Assembly: GCA_002104905.1 (NCBI GenBank)
Contig: MCFE01000157.1
Location: forward strand, 87,422 to 151,421
Length of the DNA stretch: 64,000 nt
From: Basidiobolus meristosporus CBS 931.73
Lineage: Eukaryota > Fungi > Basidiobolomycota
Direction: 5' to 3'
Made by a program: the position numbers and the translations under genes. This document shows positions 11,898 to 25,209 of this stretch, one piece after another. Positions within the stretch are counted from its first letter, which is position 1, and the number at the start of each line of letters is the position of its first letter. The notes beneath the pieces are model-generated. The model saw only the letters and a list, made by a program, of their open reading frames with translations, did no database searches and was not told the DNA's origin.

Positions 11898-14800
11898 ATG
11901 GACAAGACTACTTTGACTCAATGCTATAAGAGAAGTGAAAAAAGGCCATGTGGCTATTGTGGCAAGCCTCTCAGCCATGAAGCACACCAATCACATAGGA
12001 AGTATTACAAGGATCACAGCCAGTGTTTTGCCACCCAAGTCATAATTGACCATTCATTGGTCACAACTGTACCAACATTATCTTGCCAGCCAGTTGATAC
12101 TTCTATATCAGCACCTGGCCATCTCTGTCACCTTGCGCAAACTGAGTCAGGTGAGTTTGTTATGCCTTTAGGCTCACCTCAGCCTTCTGAGTATGGTACA
12201 CATAGTGATAGCTGTGACAAAGAAGGGTCACTTATGGATTTTGACCCTATCTCCCCTAACAACAGTACCATGTATGAGCCCAGTCAAATCCCTGTATTCA
12301 ATGAGACAACACCTGTTGAAACAAATGACAAGGATTCTTTATGGAGCCAAGTGAGCCCAGTAACTCATCTACTGGTGAATGATGTAATGTTGTGGCTAGA
12401 GAAGTGACATGTTTCCACTAATATCAGTAATGGGGGCTTTGAGGATTTATTACTTCTTCTTGCCAAAATTATACCAGATGCAACTTACCATGTACATGGT
12501 ACAAGTGGACAGCCATCATGCAGCTGGCAATGTATGATCCAGAGACTGTCCTGATTCCAGCATGTGTTAATAGTTTCATGGCATTCACATCCAAAAATGC
12601 TACCATTGCAATTTGTCCAGATTGTCAGGTATCCACCACCATTGAGGGAAAACATTGTTCACACTCCAGATATATTCAGGTCATATCCCATCTGATGAAG
12701 CTGATGCCTTCCAACAAATATTGCAAAGCTATACAGTACAACACTCAGTATCATTCAAGTGCAAACATATTTGATATATTTGATGACAAACATTACGAAC
12801 AGCTAAGAAGCAAGGGCTACTCTGAAGGTATGTATGACCATGCCTTTGCTTTAGCACTTGATGAATTCTCATTAAGCAAGTACTCTACCAGCAAATCCTG
12901 CTGGCCACTGATTCTCATCAATCTGAATCTGCTGCCCATCTTACAGTATCAGAGTAATAATCTGATGGTAGTCTCACTGGTATCTGGGCATAAATCACTG
13001 TCCAACCTGGATAGCTACCTGTATCCATTGCTGGATGAACTTTGCATGCTTTCCAGCAGGATAACAGTAAATGACCATCATGTAAATGAGCATATGTTTA
13101 TCTGCATTGGAGATACCCCAGCCATCAGCAAGATAGCAGGTTTTTCCAGGCTCAATGGATAGTATTGCTGTCAACTGTGTGAAATCCAGGGGATTTACTC
13201 CATAACTCACACACATTACTATTACCCAAACACCAGCACTAAGAATATCATCTTTCCACTGAGGGAACATACATAAGTCAGCATGCAATTGCAGCAAAGT
13301 TGGCAAGCTATAAGCCATCAGTCAGAATATGGAATATAGAATCAATCAAAAACCAAAGATACTTCAGATAGAGGGTATCTGTTGGAGCAAAAGCTCTCCA
13401 CTGGGAGCAACGCATTTGCTTTTCAACAATATCCATATATTGATGACCAAGTTGTACATGGGGCATTTCAAGCTAATTGAGCCCTTTGAGAAACCAGAGA
13501 AATTTGAAAGCATTGGCAAGATATTATAGAGTATCTGCTACCCTAGGTACTTCTCACTGTCTCCAATTAATATTCATACGCATATGCAACAATACAAATG
13601 CAAAGACTGGATGAACTGGATATGTATTTATTCAAGTGGTGTTCTGAAGCCATTCCTACCAAGAGTACATTGGGAGCATTGGGAGTCATATGTGGACATT
13701 CTAGGAACATATATCCACCCGCAGGACCAAATTATTTTTCATAGGGTCCAGATATATTTGGTCAATATGCTGTCTAAAGAAGCTCATGAAGTCCAACAAA
13801 TATTGTGAAGCCCTAAAGTACCGCACTTGGTATCAGTTAAGTGCAAGCATATCTGCTATGTATGATGGCAAACATTAAAAACATCTAAGAAGCCAGGGCT
13901 ACTTTGAAGGCATGTATGACCAAGCCTTTGTTGTGACACTTGATGGATTCTCATTAAGCAAGTGCTCTACCAGCAAGTCCTGTTGGCCACTCATTCTCAT
14001 CAACTTGAACCAGCCACATATCTTACAGTACTAGAGCCAAAATCTGATGGTAGTCTCACCAGTATCTTGGCCTAAATCACTATCCAACTGGATAGCTACT
14101 TGTATCCATTGCTGGATGAGTTTTGTATGCTTTCCAATGGGTTAACTGTAAATGGCCATCATGTCAAAGCACATATTATTATCTATATTGGAGATATATA
14201 CTGGACACATCTACAGCTTTAGTGCATGGAGTTTATGATGGTATTTAAGCAGCTATACTACAAGCATAAAGCTGAATGTGTAGATCTCTGCTGCTACTGT
14301 ATCCATTCTCTACTCCATCTTGCTTGGTGTGTTGAGAATATTGGACCTTGCCTAACCTTTTTGGAGTTTCCTATGGAGCAGATGTGTAGGGAGATAGGAA
14401 GACTAGTCAAGTCACAGGTATTACCATGTCCTAATCTCATCAAAAATATTACCTTCAAGTCTGTCATGAATGTGATGAGTTGGCACATGGAGGACAGCCA
14501 ACAAGGGTTGGAAAATACTGAGGACAGATGTGCACATGGACGCACCTATGCCTATGGCATCAAGAAGCTAAGCAGCCCCAAAGTGTGGGTGATCAGTCAA
14601 GTAATGCAAAGGTGATCTGAGTGCAACAAGCAACTAATTATTATTAGGAGAACTCTACCAAGGTATGCTGGATATTTCTTGGTTACAAGCCAAGTTCTAC
14701 ACCATTCAATACAGAATAGACGCAAACAAAAGCCAAAGAACGCCTATAAGAGGGTCTAGAATCCAGCAGGGAGAAGGAATATATTGGCTAAATACCAAAA

Positions 14801-15100
14801 TGTTCATTGCAGATATTCAGGAGGTATTGATGGCAGAAGTGGCAGTAACCAAGCGTATACTTGCTAGATGTATAGGCTACCAGCAATACAAGGTATATGA
14901 CAACTTTGCAAGTATCACACTAGAAAGCTAAAAAGTTGAGGTGATAGAAGTATGTCAATTGCTACAGGTGTGCATGTTTGTAGAAGTTAGTAAGCAGGAG
15001 TCCATAGTATTTTTTGATTCAAACTATTTGTAGAATACCCAAGGCAGTAGTGGGTAGGCAAACAATGAGGGGTGATTCTACAGTGGAATATGCTGTTGTG
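11898..15100 (+). mobile_element. CACTA/EnSpm-type (Transposase_21/Tnp2-like) transposase pseudogene
   Basis: ALDEF..SCWPLILINLNLLP..NLDSYLYPLLDEL, GDTPAISKIAGF..CCQLCEIQG and HSLLHLAW..GP..FPMEQMC..VKSQ..PCPNL motifs; CxxC..H..H at the N-terminus; ~13850-14200 repeats ~12790-13120. Confidence 0.8.
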
Positions 15101-15299
15101 ATCCTGTCATAAAATTGTGTAGATGGTCATTAATTCCAAGCTGCTGGTATTATAAATGTCTACTGACTGGATCTGACAGCTGATCTGGATTAGATCCACC
15201 TGTGGGACCAAATTACATTTCATAGGGTCCAGCTGTTCTGCTCATGTTGCCCTGAGACACTAGCTTTCAACATCCTCAACTCTCCCCACCATTTGATAG

Positions 15300-17280
15300 T
15301 CCTTGGAAGCTCATGGCTTAGTCACTATTACCCTGCTATCAGTGGGTAGACCCAAACCCTGATATTCCCCAGAATCCACCATGTCAACTCCATGAAACCC
15401 CATCTTTTGGTCCTATCTACAACCTCTTGCAGCTTGAGTTGAAAGAGTTCCATAGCTGTATCAAAGAAAACCTCCAGAAAGTACTATTCTGCACTTTAAT
15501 AAGTCCCCCACTGGTGCACCAATTCTCATTATCTAAAAAAAGAATGGTACCCTCAGAATGTGTGTAGACTACCATACACTGAATAAGATTATAATCAAAA
15601 ACCAGTACCCTTTGCCCCTTACCAACACCCTGTTGGATCAGCCATAGTTGACCTCAGATGAGCTTATAATCTTGTCATGATCAAGCCTGGCAATGAATGG
15701 AAAACTGCCTTCAGAACAAGATATGATCACTTTGAGTATAAAGCTATCCCATTTGGTTTCACCAATGCCCCAACTGTCTCTCAACACCTGATAAATGACA
15801 TATTCCAACAATACCTTGACCAATTTGTGGTTATCAACCTTGATGATATCTTGATCTACTCCAAAACTCAAGAGGAGCATAACTCCTATATGAAGAAAGT
15901 CCTGACCAAGCTTGATACTGCTGGCCTCTATGCCAAACTGGAGAAATGTGAGTCTGAGCAGAAAGAGGTTAATTTTCAAGGTCATCTTATATGCTCAAAT
16001 GAAAAGAGAACTAACGCCAGGAATGTAGAAGCCATCCAGTCCTGGAAAACTCCAGGATATGTAAAAGAAATGCAGTCCTTCCTTGGATTTGCCATCTTCT
16101 ATCATAGATTCATTACCAACTACTCCAAGATAGTCACTGCTTTGACAAAGCTCACCCAAAACAGTCCACCCTTGGCCTGGAATGAGGAACAGTCTGAGTC
16201 CTTTAAATCCATCAAGGAATCATTCTTGTGTGCCTCCCTGCTTGCCCACTCTGACCTTGAGAAGCCTTTCATCATAGAAACTGATGCCTCTGACTTTGCC
16301 CTTCAATCTATCTTTTCCTAGTATACCAACTAGAACCTATAATACCCTATTGCACTCTAATCTTAGATATTTACTCTAGCAGAAACAAATTATGATATCC
16401 ATGACAAGGGACTATTTGCAACTACTGTTGCCTTTGGACAATGGAGATACTGCCCTGATGGTGTAGCTCAAACAATAAAGATCTTCAGCAACCACAAGAG
16501 CCTGGAGTTCTTTACTGCTGCATAAGTACTCAACCAAAGGCAAGCCAGATGATCCCTCTTCCTGGCCAGCTTTCCCTTTGTTATCACCTGTGGACTAGGT
16601 ATAAAACAAGGAAAACCATGTACCCTGTCCAGAAAGGTGGAATATTCCCTTGAAGAAGGGGATGATGCCTATTGGCAAATGAAAAGCCCTGTACTCAGCA
16701 AAAGACACTTTGAACTCCTTGCAATGCAGTCCTCCAGTATCATTACTCCCTTGCTCCTTGAGAATGTCAAGACCAGCCAAGCTGCCAATTCTACAGCTGC
16801 AAAATCAAGAAATATCTCAAGTCTTCCATTGACTAGCCACCCAAGTTCCCAAATCTCCAGTACCTGCATCTGTTCAATCACATCATCTACCACAAGCCTT
16901 AACCGCTTGCCCCAGTCCTTGATATGCAGTTGGATATCATCCATTCTTGCCATGATTCAACAGCTGCAGGACATTTTGCTGCTACCAAAACCCCCTATGA
17001 GAAGTTATTGTGATGAACCCATCAGAAGGCCATCACAAACTCTAAGTCCTGTAACTAAGAGGTATTACTCCCATCAGGTCACTGTGCAAAGACTGTCAAA
17101 AAATATGCACCCCAGATTTCATAAACAACTTAGTAAATATTTTTTTGCCACAACAATACAAAAGTGGACTTTGATTGGTTCTCTGCCAATTTTCTCACTT
17201 TCCAATCCTAGACACTCTATCACCTCCTATGTTTGTGTGCATCAATTGGCTATTGCCTCTTTTTCACACTCATGACTTCC
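15300..17280 (+). mobile_element. Ty3/gypsy LTR retrotransposon pol remnant (RT, RNase H)
   Basis: EWKTAFRTRY, PFGFTNAP, LDDILIYS, MQSFLGF..FY.RFI.NYS and FIIETDASDFA motifs in 15677-16321; LRMCVD and YPLP just upstream; broken by stops; no LTRs identified. Confidence 0.9.
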
Positions 17281-17289
17281 TGACTCAAC

Positions 17290-19020
17290 TGCTTCTTGTA
17301 CTTTTCATGCGTACAAATTGATTTATTTCCGCTGAAACTTCAGTTGTACTTCAATTGCCAACTGTATCAACTTATAGAAGTCCCTATACCTTACAATAAC
17401 ATTAAGCCCAACCCCACACTCAACAAGTAACTCCATTAAAATCCACCACTCAATAAGTATCTCTGCTGTAACACTCTGTTTCCATGACTTTGGCAGGAAC
17501 CCTATGGCTTTATGCCACAGTTCATTCACTGGTTCCCATACATCCTGGTGTTCAGTTAGCACTGCAAGGACTAGCACCTCATCTGCCAGTCTTTGCAATA
17601 AGTCCTTGCAATATTCAAGTGCATTTTCTTGAGCACTGCTCTTGAAGAAGTGCTGCAACCTAGTAGTGTGCCTATTAATGTTCCAAAATTCCACTGAAGG
17701 CATTGTGATAATCTTTTGAGTTCTTAACACTGTTATTTTGTCTGTCAGTGGGATCTCCACTCTGTCAACAATGGGGGTGTGGAGGCTGTGGTAGCCACAT
17801 TGCCTTTCTCTGCAAACTCATCTACCTCACTGGAGTGTAGCTCAACTGGCTGCACTTCCAACTCTTGTGAGAATAGCTGTTTTCTTGTTGGTAATTCTTC
17901 TTAGCTATGATGGGATTCAGTCTGTTCCAGGCTTACAGCATTGATTTCTCTTGCAGCTTTTTTCTTACACTTCCCTGAGTCTGGCTTGGGTAGACTTTTT
18001 TCCCTTACCTTTTCCTTTATCACTGACTGGTCTCTCACTGCTACTTTGTCTGAGTTCCTCTTGTATTGAACCACATTTTCTCCTTAATGCATGCTGTTCT
18101 GATGCATCTGTTCTGACCTGCTTGTCCCATGCTGGCACTCTGTGAGCAACCTGTTGCTTCTTTTCTTCTTGTTTCAAGCTCTCAGCCCATGCTGTGAAAG
18201 GCTCCTAAGATAACCACCTGTTTTTATCACTGTCAGGTCCTTCACTGCTACTTTGACTGAGTGCTTCTTCAATAGAACTACACTTTTTCCTTGGAAAATG
18301 TTGTGCTGGTGAGTCTGTCTGCCTGCTTCTCCTGTATTGGTACTCTTCCAGTTACCTGATGTCACTTTGGTGCTTGTTTGGAGCTTTTGGCCCTACATGT
18401 AACAGGCTCTTGAGGAAGCTGCTGGTTTTTAGCCATTGCACCCTTGTTCTTCTGCCTTTGATAGTTACTGCTATTCTTGAGATACTTTCTTAGCATACCA
18501 ATGTGGGCCCAAAATCTGTTTGCATGTTAGAATCCAGGATAATGCTCATGGAGCAAGTCAGGTGCATTCTGCTTGGCCTTGAGTTCCTGATGGCCCCATG
18601 GTATGCCAGCCTTAAGGTGTTTGCATGCTAGGCTTCAAGCAGCCTCTTGAGTATTAGCCCACTCTTCAACATTGCACTCAACAGCTTGACAGATCTTCAA
18701 TGTCTTCCAATTTTTTGGCTTTGGTATAAGCACTTCATTTTCTCCCTCCAATGCTGTGATAAGTTTTTCTGTGGGCTTTATCTTTGGGCACTAATGTTGT
18801 GCTTCCAAGGCTGTATGGTGTTCCTCTGCAGTTACATTGGGAAATGGCTCAATTCTTGGCTGTGATATTGAGCTACTTGAGTTCCTTCTGTGCAGCAAAG
18901 ATACCACTTTCTCAACCTGGGATATTTACTAATCTACATATATTATCTGCTCATCCTGTTTCTGGACTATTTCCTGAAGTTTATCATCTGGGTTCCTGGT
19001 GTTTTGCTGGAAATATTCAA
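17290..19020 (-). repeat. Repeat family A copy 4
   Basis: ORF 17323-17760 (VEFWNINRHTTRLQHFFK) matches 3472-3930; the rest matches copies 2 and 3. Confidence 0.75.
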
Positions 19021-20526
19021 GGTGAATCTCAACAAGAAGTTTGGCCAGAATTCATTAAGACTTGTAGACTATGATAAGGTGAATATAAGTGCAATTACTG
19101 AATACACAAAAAACCCATAATCTACTTGTCCTCCCAATCACTTGCAATATCTCCAGAACTCTTACAACACAGACCACCATCAAAATATCATCACATGAAT
19201 AGCAAGAAGAACAGGAACACCTACTTGCAGCTATTGTGGCAGTGTCTTGATTGTATCTTAGCATCTAATATGGATTGGACCAACCCATGGGGCCAGATTA
19301 TGTCTCACAAGGAAATGGTAAATTGATGATATACCTAATTAGGCAAGAGGCAGGGGTCAGTTACTATAAAGTATAAGGGCTTGTCAAAGTTGGTGCAGTA
19401 ATACATAGATTTATGTCCAAGATTTCAATGGGAATCAGCCACTTAGGGTACAATATATGTACATTGACCAAGGGAGCCAGTTGGTGAGGAGTGTGAAACA
19501 TGTGCAACAGCCAATCATTATGTTAGTACATAAGGGTATATAGGCTTCCAGGATTGGGAAGTGAGAAAAATGTCATGAGCCAATCCACAGAAGTTTAGGA
19601 GATACTGAGCTCCACAATTTTGACTGAGTTGTTTTGAATGCCCAAGGTACAACTTTTTTGGGTGGGTATTTGCATGTTCTCCTGATGACTACTATGTCTC
19701 TCTATCACAGGATCTCAACTTGATGGTAGTCTTTTGAGGGGACTATAAGAAATATCTTTCAAAGAGAGATTTGTGATTTGCTGGAAAATAGGTATATAGG
19801 ATGTGCACCAGTTTTGGAAGAAGATCTTCAAGTGACTGCGATTCCACCACCACCACCGTCTCCCAGTGTGATGACTGCACAAATCTAAGATGGAAATGAC
19901 CATGCTCAGGTAAATATTCAGGCGGAAATAAGATACTTCCATCATGATGATGCAGCATAAAGGCTCGAGTAAAGACATTGGGTATGACCCTGAATCCATC
20001 CAAGAATTGTTACACACACCAATGCCTATTCGCGGATATTCCTGGAAGTCCCATATGCAAAGAATATACCTTGCTGTATTGCAAGTATACTCCAGACATT
20101 TGGGTGTCGTTATGGCCTCACTTGGAGCGCCAGATTATGCAACCAGTAGTCTCGTAGTGTGAATGAGAATTCCATAGAGACAAAGGGATTGTAAATGCCT
20201 AACCAGAAGGATGTATTCCACCGATCGATAGAGCATTCGCGAACGCCATCATCTAAGAGTTGCGGAGCGTGAGACACTTCCAAGGCAACAACAATTGTGG
20301 CGCGTGAGGAATTGAGCGATATCTCAGGGATGATCAAGATTCCCCCTTCCGAAACCTAAACGGGACTCAATCTAAATGGCATTCCGGTGATTTTGAGGCA
20401 GCAGTTGGTGGGTAATGAAAGAGGGTTCGGGATCCCTTCCGATTTATTACTAGGAAATGGGTGTGAATTACTTTTTTATGTTAAGCCCTAACTTCTAAGG
20501 ATTATCAAATGGTCAACCAGCGGGAA

Positions 20527-21333
20527 TTAATCCACAATGGGTGTGGCAAGGTTGTAGGTCTTTCCACCTTGTGAGTAGTCGATGCCCTGCTCGCGCTCGT
20601 AGGCTGGTGGGAACAGACGTCTCTTCTCATCGTAGTACGTGTTACGGAGGTCTCCTTCCCGGGCTGCGTTGTAGGTGAGATACACTGCTGTCCGGTTCTT
20701 CTCAGTGTTGTTGGGCCCTGACCTGTGTGGCAAGTAGGCTCCGAAAATCAGCACATCCCGTGGTCCACAGGTGAGGGGAACCCATTCCTCCTTCTCACAC
20801 CACTCCACAGAGATGGACCCATCCTTTTCCTCTTGTGGTAGCACCCCAAGCTTGTGCTTCTTGGGGACAGCCCACAGACATCCATTCTCGATGGTGAACG
20901 GGTCCACCCCAAACATCACTGTGACATGAGAAGATTGCCCGAACTGGGTGAATGCTGGAGCATCCTGGTGGGCTGGGAACCCACCTCCGCCTGGCATCTT
21001 GAAGTTGATCTTCTCTTTGAACAGCACCGCTGGCTCTCCTGTCAACACCTCCAGCGCGGTCATCACCTTCTCACCAAGAATGATGTTGCGAAGCGCCTCG
21101 TGGAACGGGGTGAAGTTCTCGATGCGGCACAGCTGACGCTCCCCGGTCTTCACGTTGTTCTCATAGTAGCGCATCCACTTCCCCTTTGTCTCGGGCCATT
21201 CCCTGATCTCCTGGATGGCACTGGCCACCAGGACAGTCTCTTCAGGAGTGAGGTAGTCCTTGAGGATGATGTAGCCTTCGTTGTCGTAGAAGGATTTCTG
21301 CTCGGCACTGATGAATTCGGAAGTGGTGGCCAT
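20527..21333 (-). CDS. Fe(II)/2-oxoglutarate dioxygenase, PhyH family, PhnY-like (copy A, 268 aa, intronless)
   Basis: FKEKINFKMPGGGGFPAHQD (HxD), LPHRSGPN (distal His) and NRTAVY (2OG-binding Arg); start MATTSEF at 21333 parallels copy B. Confidence 0.9.
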   Translation of the reverse strand: MATTSEFISAEQKSFYDNEGYIILKDYLTPEETVLVASAIQEIREWPETKGKWMRYYENNVKTGERQLCRIENFTPFHEALRNIILGEKVMTALEVLTGEPAVLFKEKINFKMPGGGGFPAHQDAPAFTQFGQSSHVTVMFGVDPFTIENGCLWAVPKKHKLGVLPQEEKDGSISVEWCEKEEWVPLTCGPRDVLIFGAYLPHRSGPNNTEKNRTAVYLTYNAAREGDLRNTYYDEKRRLFPPAYEREQGIDYSQGGKTYNLATPIVD

Positions 21334-21391
21334 GTTCTGGTTTTTGGAAGGGGAGAACTTGTTGATATGCATCCATACATAAATCCAGGGG

Positions 21392-21406
21392 AATTTTATA
21401 CTGCAC
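21392..21406 (-). promoter_or_regulatory. TATA box of PhnY-like copy A
   Basis: GTGCAGTATAAAA on the minus strand ~65 nt upstream of the ATG; the same 13-mer precedes copy B (~25139-25151) in otherwise unrelated flanks. Confidence 0.6.
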
Positions 21407-22174
21407 CTTCACCAAGTCACTGGGAACTCCTCACACAAACCATTTGGAGATTTATGGACTGGTGCGACTGCTGTGATGACTTGACGCCACCAATTACCTT
21501 CCGTGAAAATCCCACCTTCTCTGGAACCCGATCAGATTGGTATGTCGATGCGCTCTGGCTCGTATCAACCGTCCATGCGGTATAATCGTGACTAACCCGA
21601 TCTCCGAGATGAGTTGGGGTTTCAAGGATGACGTGCGTAACATTTCATAACAGACCATTCATCCTCCACCAAAAAGTTCCTACTTCCGGTAAGACAAAGG
21701 TTCATTACGCGCCCCGTCAACGGAATCGGAGTTCAACCTGGCAGGACTAACATCTTATCATGATAACGACCCCCTCCCCTTTGTGCACACGTACAAACGG
21801 CTCAATTATCTCTATTATGATTAAGGCTTTTCGGCAGCATCATCCGCACTCATGGCCATTCTGCGTTTCTCAGTATCGCGCCTTTCTGGTATATTTCTCG
21901 ATTCAAGGAGCACAGAACAGAGATGCTTCATGTAGAGATAGAATGGATCTCGCTGAGCCCTTGAAACCCAGTGGACGATGAAGTAATGGATTTTCAAGCC
22001 CAGCCAATCACAACGTGGAGTGTGGAATTCCCAGCCCTCCCTTTAATATTTGCCTAATGATAATCATGCGGATATTTCCTATTGTTTAAGAGGTCATTGT
22101 ATCCGGCTCTCGTATTTATTACACCATTAAGGAAACTTTGGAGCCTAGATCTTTGCTGACTTCTTCCCTTCCCA

Positions 22175-23173
22175 ATGCCCCGCCTAAGTCGTGAACAACC
22201 TCTGGGTACACCGGTTGGAGAATTAAGTTTTCGTGAGTATCGCCGAAGGTACTGGAAAGATTGGGTGTTGCTGATCTGTACGGCGATCTTGGGCTTCGGC
22301 CTTTATGTGGCCAAACCTGCATCTACTAGGGTATTTTCAATCTATGATAACGCTGTGTCTACCTCCTCCCCATCAGCCCCCCTCACGAGGCATTTGACCA
22401 ATGTGGATAACTCGTATCCAATCAAACCCGAGATCATTCCCATGTGGCTGAGCGGCTTCCTCTCCTTCATCCTGTGCTTCCTCACCTTTGCCATCGCTCA
22501 GTATTGGAAGCGCTCTTGGACCGACTTTCATACCGCTATGATGGGAATGTTCTACTCTATGGGTGGCTCGGGCTTGTTCCAGGTGTTCTGCAAATGGCTA
22601 ATTGGTGGATTCAGGCCCCACTTTCTTGAAGTGTGCAAACCGGATCTGAGCAAGTTGGCGGGGTCTGGTGCTGGTGAGGGATTCGGTCAGATATACTACG
22701 ATAGAACCATTTGTACCGGCGATCCTACAGAGATCAATGATGCATTGCAGAGCTTCCCAAGTGGTCACTCGAATGCCGCTTGGGCAGGTCTCTTGTTCCT
22801 GTTCTACTATCTGAATGCCAACCTCAAGCTTTATTCCAACCGGCGAACGCCCTACTGGAAGTTGCTGGTGGTCACGCTTCCGGTGTTGGTAGCCCTTCTG
22901 CTATCACTGAGCCGACTGGTGGACTACACGCATCATTGGTATGACATATTTGTAGGGGGGATCATTGGGTGTGTTTATGCCACGCTAAGTTGGAGAATGC
23001 AATATGCATCTATCTGGGATTGGAGAACGAATCATCTTCCACTGGACAATCTTGATGAGCAAAACATATCAACAAATATGCTGCCTCTCAACAACCCTCC
23101 TCATTTGCCAGAAAACTCCCTTGAGCAAGAGACGAGCGACAGCGTGATAGAAGTAAATGGGAAAGTGAACTAA
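22175..23173 (+). CDS. PAP2-family lipid phosphate phosphatase (DPP1/LPP1-like), copy A
   Basis: All three PAP2 motifs intact: KWLIGGFRP, FPSGH, SRLVDYTHHWYD; multiple hydrophobic segments; intronless. Confidence 0.93.
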   Translation: MPRLSREQPLGTPVGELSFREYRRRYWKDWVLLICTAILGFGLYVAKPASTRVFSIYDNAVSTSSPSAPLTRHLTNVDNSYPIKPEIIPMWLSGFLSFILCFLTFAIAQYWKRSWTDFHTAMMGMFYSMGGSGLFQVFCKWLIGGFRPHFLEVCKPDLSKLAGSGAGEGFGQIYYDRTICTGDPTEINDALQSFPSGHSNAAWAGLLFLFYYLNANLKLYSNRRTPYWKLLVVTLPVLVALLLSLSRLVDYTHHWYDIFVGGIIGCVYATLSWRMQYASIWDWRTNHLPLDNLDEQNISTNMLPLNNPPHLPENSLEQETSDSVIEVNGKVN

Positions 23174-23666
23174 GCAGTAGACAACCATCATCAAATGGTG
23201 CAGCTTATTGATGATTGGTAGAGCCCAAGAGGGAATATTCAAAGTAGAGTCATGTACCAAAACGTACAACAGTAGATTGTTATACATTATATGTCAAGCA
23301 TCCAGATTGCATGATCAACATCTGTATTTCAAGGTATTAAAATGCAATGCTGAAGCACGTGCTCGGCGATCGATCATTTCTCAGGACCCAACAACTCGGT
23401 TAAGCATATTTAGTAATTGGACTACCCCAAAGTGTTTCGACATCCCAGGGGAATTATTGGCCATGGATGTGGGATTGTTTGCATTGATCAGAAAACTACA
23501 TGAAATCACGGTTTCCTTTGTTGAAGGCAGATGGCCAACTCTGAGCACTTGATTTGCTGAAAGATTTATTTAAAGTTCCGTGATCCTGCGAACGTTTGGC
23601 CTGTGGTAACTCGAACTGGAGGCTGTTACATTCGCAGCCCGTCCTTCAACCATAGGTGTGTTAGAT

Positions 23667-24662
23667 ATGCCATATGTACGTGCGACAGCGCCACAATATA
23701 ATTCCATAGGTAACCTTTCCTTCCACGAATACCGTAAGCGATACTGGAAGGATTGGGTATTGTTGGTGTGTACGGCCATTTTAGGCTTCGGTCTTTATGT
23801 AGCCAAACCTGCATCTACTAGGGTATTTTCAATCTATGATAACGCTGTGTCTACCTCCTCCCCATCAGCCCCCCTCACGAGGCATTTGACCAATGTGGAT
23901 AACTCGTATCCAATCAAACCCGAGATCATTCCCATGTGGCTGAGCGGCTTCCTCTCCTTCATCCTGTGCTTCCTCACCTTTGCCATCGCTCAGTATTGGA
24001 AGCGCTCTTGGACCGACTTTCATACCGCTATGATGGGAATGTTCTACTCTATGGGTGGCTCGGGCTTGTTCCAGGTGTTCTGCAAATGGCTAATTGGTGG
24101 ATTCAGGCCCCACTTTCTTGAAGTGTGCAAACCGGATCTGAGCAAGTTGGCGGGGTCTGGTGCTGGTGAGGGATTCGGTCAGATATACTACGATAGAACC
24201 ATTTGTACCGGCGATCCTACAGAGATCAATGATGCATTGCAGAGCTTCCCAAGTGGCCACTCGAATGCCGCTTGGGCAGGCCTCTTGTTCCTGTTCTACT
24301 ATCTGAATGCCAACCTCAAGCTTTATTCCAACCGGCGAACGCCCTACTGGAAGTTGCTGGTGGTCACGCTTCCGGTGTTGGTAGCCCTTCTGCTATCACT
24401 GAGCCGACTGGTGGACTACACGCATCATTGGTATGACATATTTGTAGGGGGGATCATTGGGTGTGTTTATGCCACGCTAAGTTGGAGAATGCAATATGCA
24501 TCTATCTGGGATTGGAGGAACAACGATCTACCACTAGATTTTCTGGAGGAGGAAGGAGATTTGAGAGTCTCATCCTCATCCAAGGCTAACCATTCAGATT
24601 ACAACAGTAAGATCAACGCAGTGGAATCCACCTCCAAATCCCACGAGCAGGTGGATCCATGA
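23667..24662 (+). CDS. PAP2-family lipid phosphate phosphatase, copy B
   Basis: Same motifs and core protein as copy A; first ATG at 23667 gives an N-terminus colinear with copy A. Confidence 0.93.
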   Translation: MPYVRATAPQYNSIGNLSFHEYRKRYWKDWVLLVCTAILGFGLYVAKPASTRVFSIYDNAVSTSSPSAPLTRHLTNVDNSYPIKPEIIPMWLSGFLSFILCFLTFAIAQYWKRSWTDFHTAMMGMFYSMGGSGLFQVFCKWLIGGFRPHFLEVCKPDLSKLAGSGAGEGFGQIYYDRTICTGDPTEINDALQSFPSGHSNAAWAGLLFLFYYLNANLKLYSNRRTPYWKLLVVTLPVLVALLLSLSRLVDYTHHWYDIFVGGIIGCVYATLSWRMQYASIWDWRNNDLPLDFLEEEGDLRVSSSSKANHSDYNSKINAVESTSKSHEQVDP

Positions 24663-25209
24663 CCTATCCCATACTGAAATTTATCTAGTTTGAGTCATCG
24701 AACCCTAACGCAACTAACAGCAAATAAATCTTCCAATTACTTGTGCACATTCGGGATTGCATCATCCATCGAAACCATTTCCATCCGTATAGAGCCTGAT
24801 AATGGCATGTCGGTGTCCAGACACGTAGAGGTTTGAAATTGAGTAATACAGCGAAGTGGGCCTCACCTGACCCACGATTTCCACCGCTCCTGATCGTAAT
24901 TTACTCTACATGGAGTAGAACGTTTGACCACATGCTGTTATTATCGTGACTTAAAATGGTAAATTAAGAGCGAGATATAGATTCCCCATGGCCCACGGGT
25001 TGACGATATTCGTGGAACCAGATGAGCCATTTCCCAGCAATCATTGGCTTGCTGGGTATATTCACATCCCTCTTGTGACAAACACCAGTTTACATTAACC
25101 AAGATTTCGGTTCAACCTTGAAAGGCACAGGGCTAGTCGTGCAGTATAAAAGCGTTCATACGATGACTACAGAATCACTGAAAACGCGGAATAATCCTGG
25201 TTAATCAAG

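Noticed and set aside
1-19800. Classical RIP (CpA to TpA) as the cause of repeat decay
   Set aside because: CA and TG are abundant and CG is what is missing, which fits CG methylation decay better; indices were not computed.
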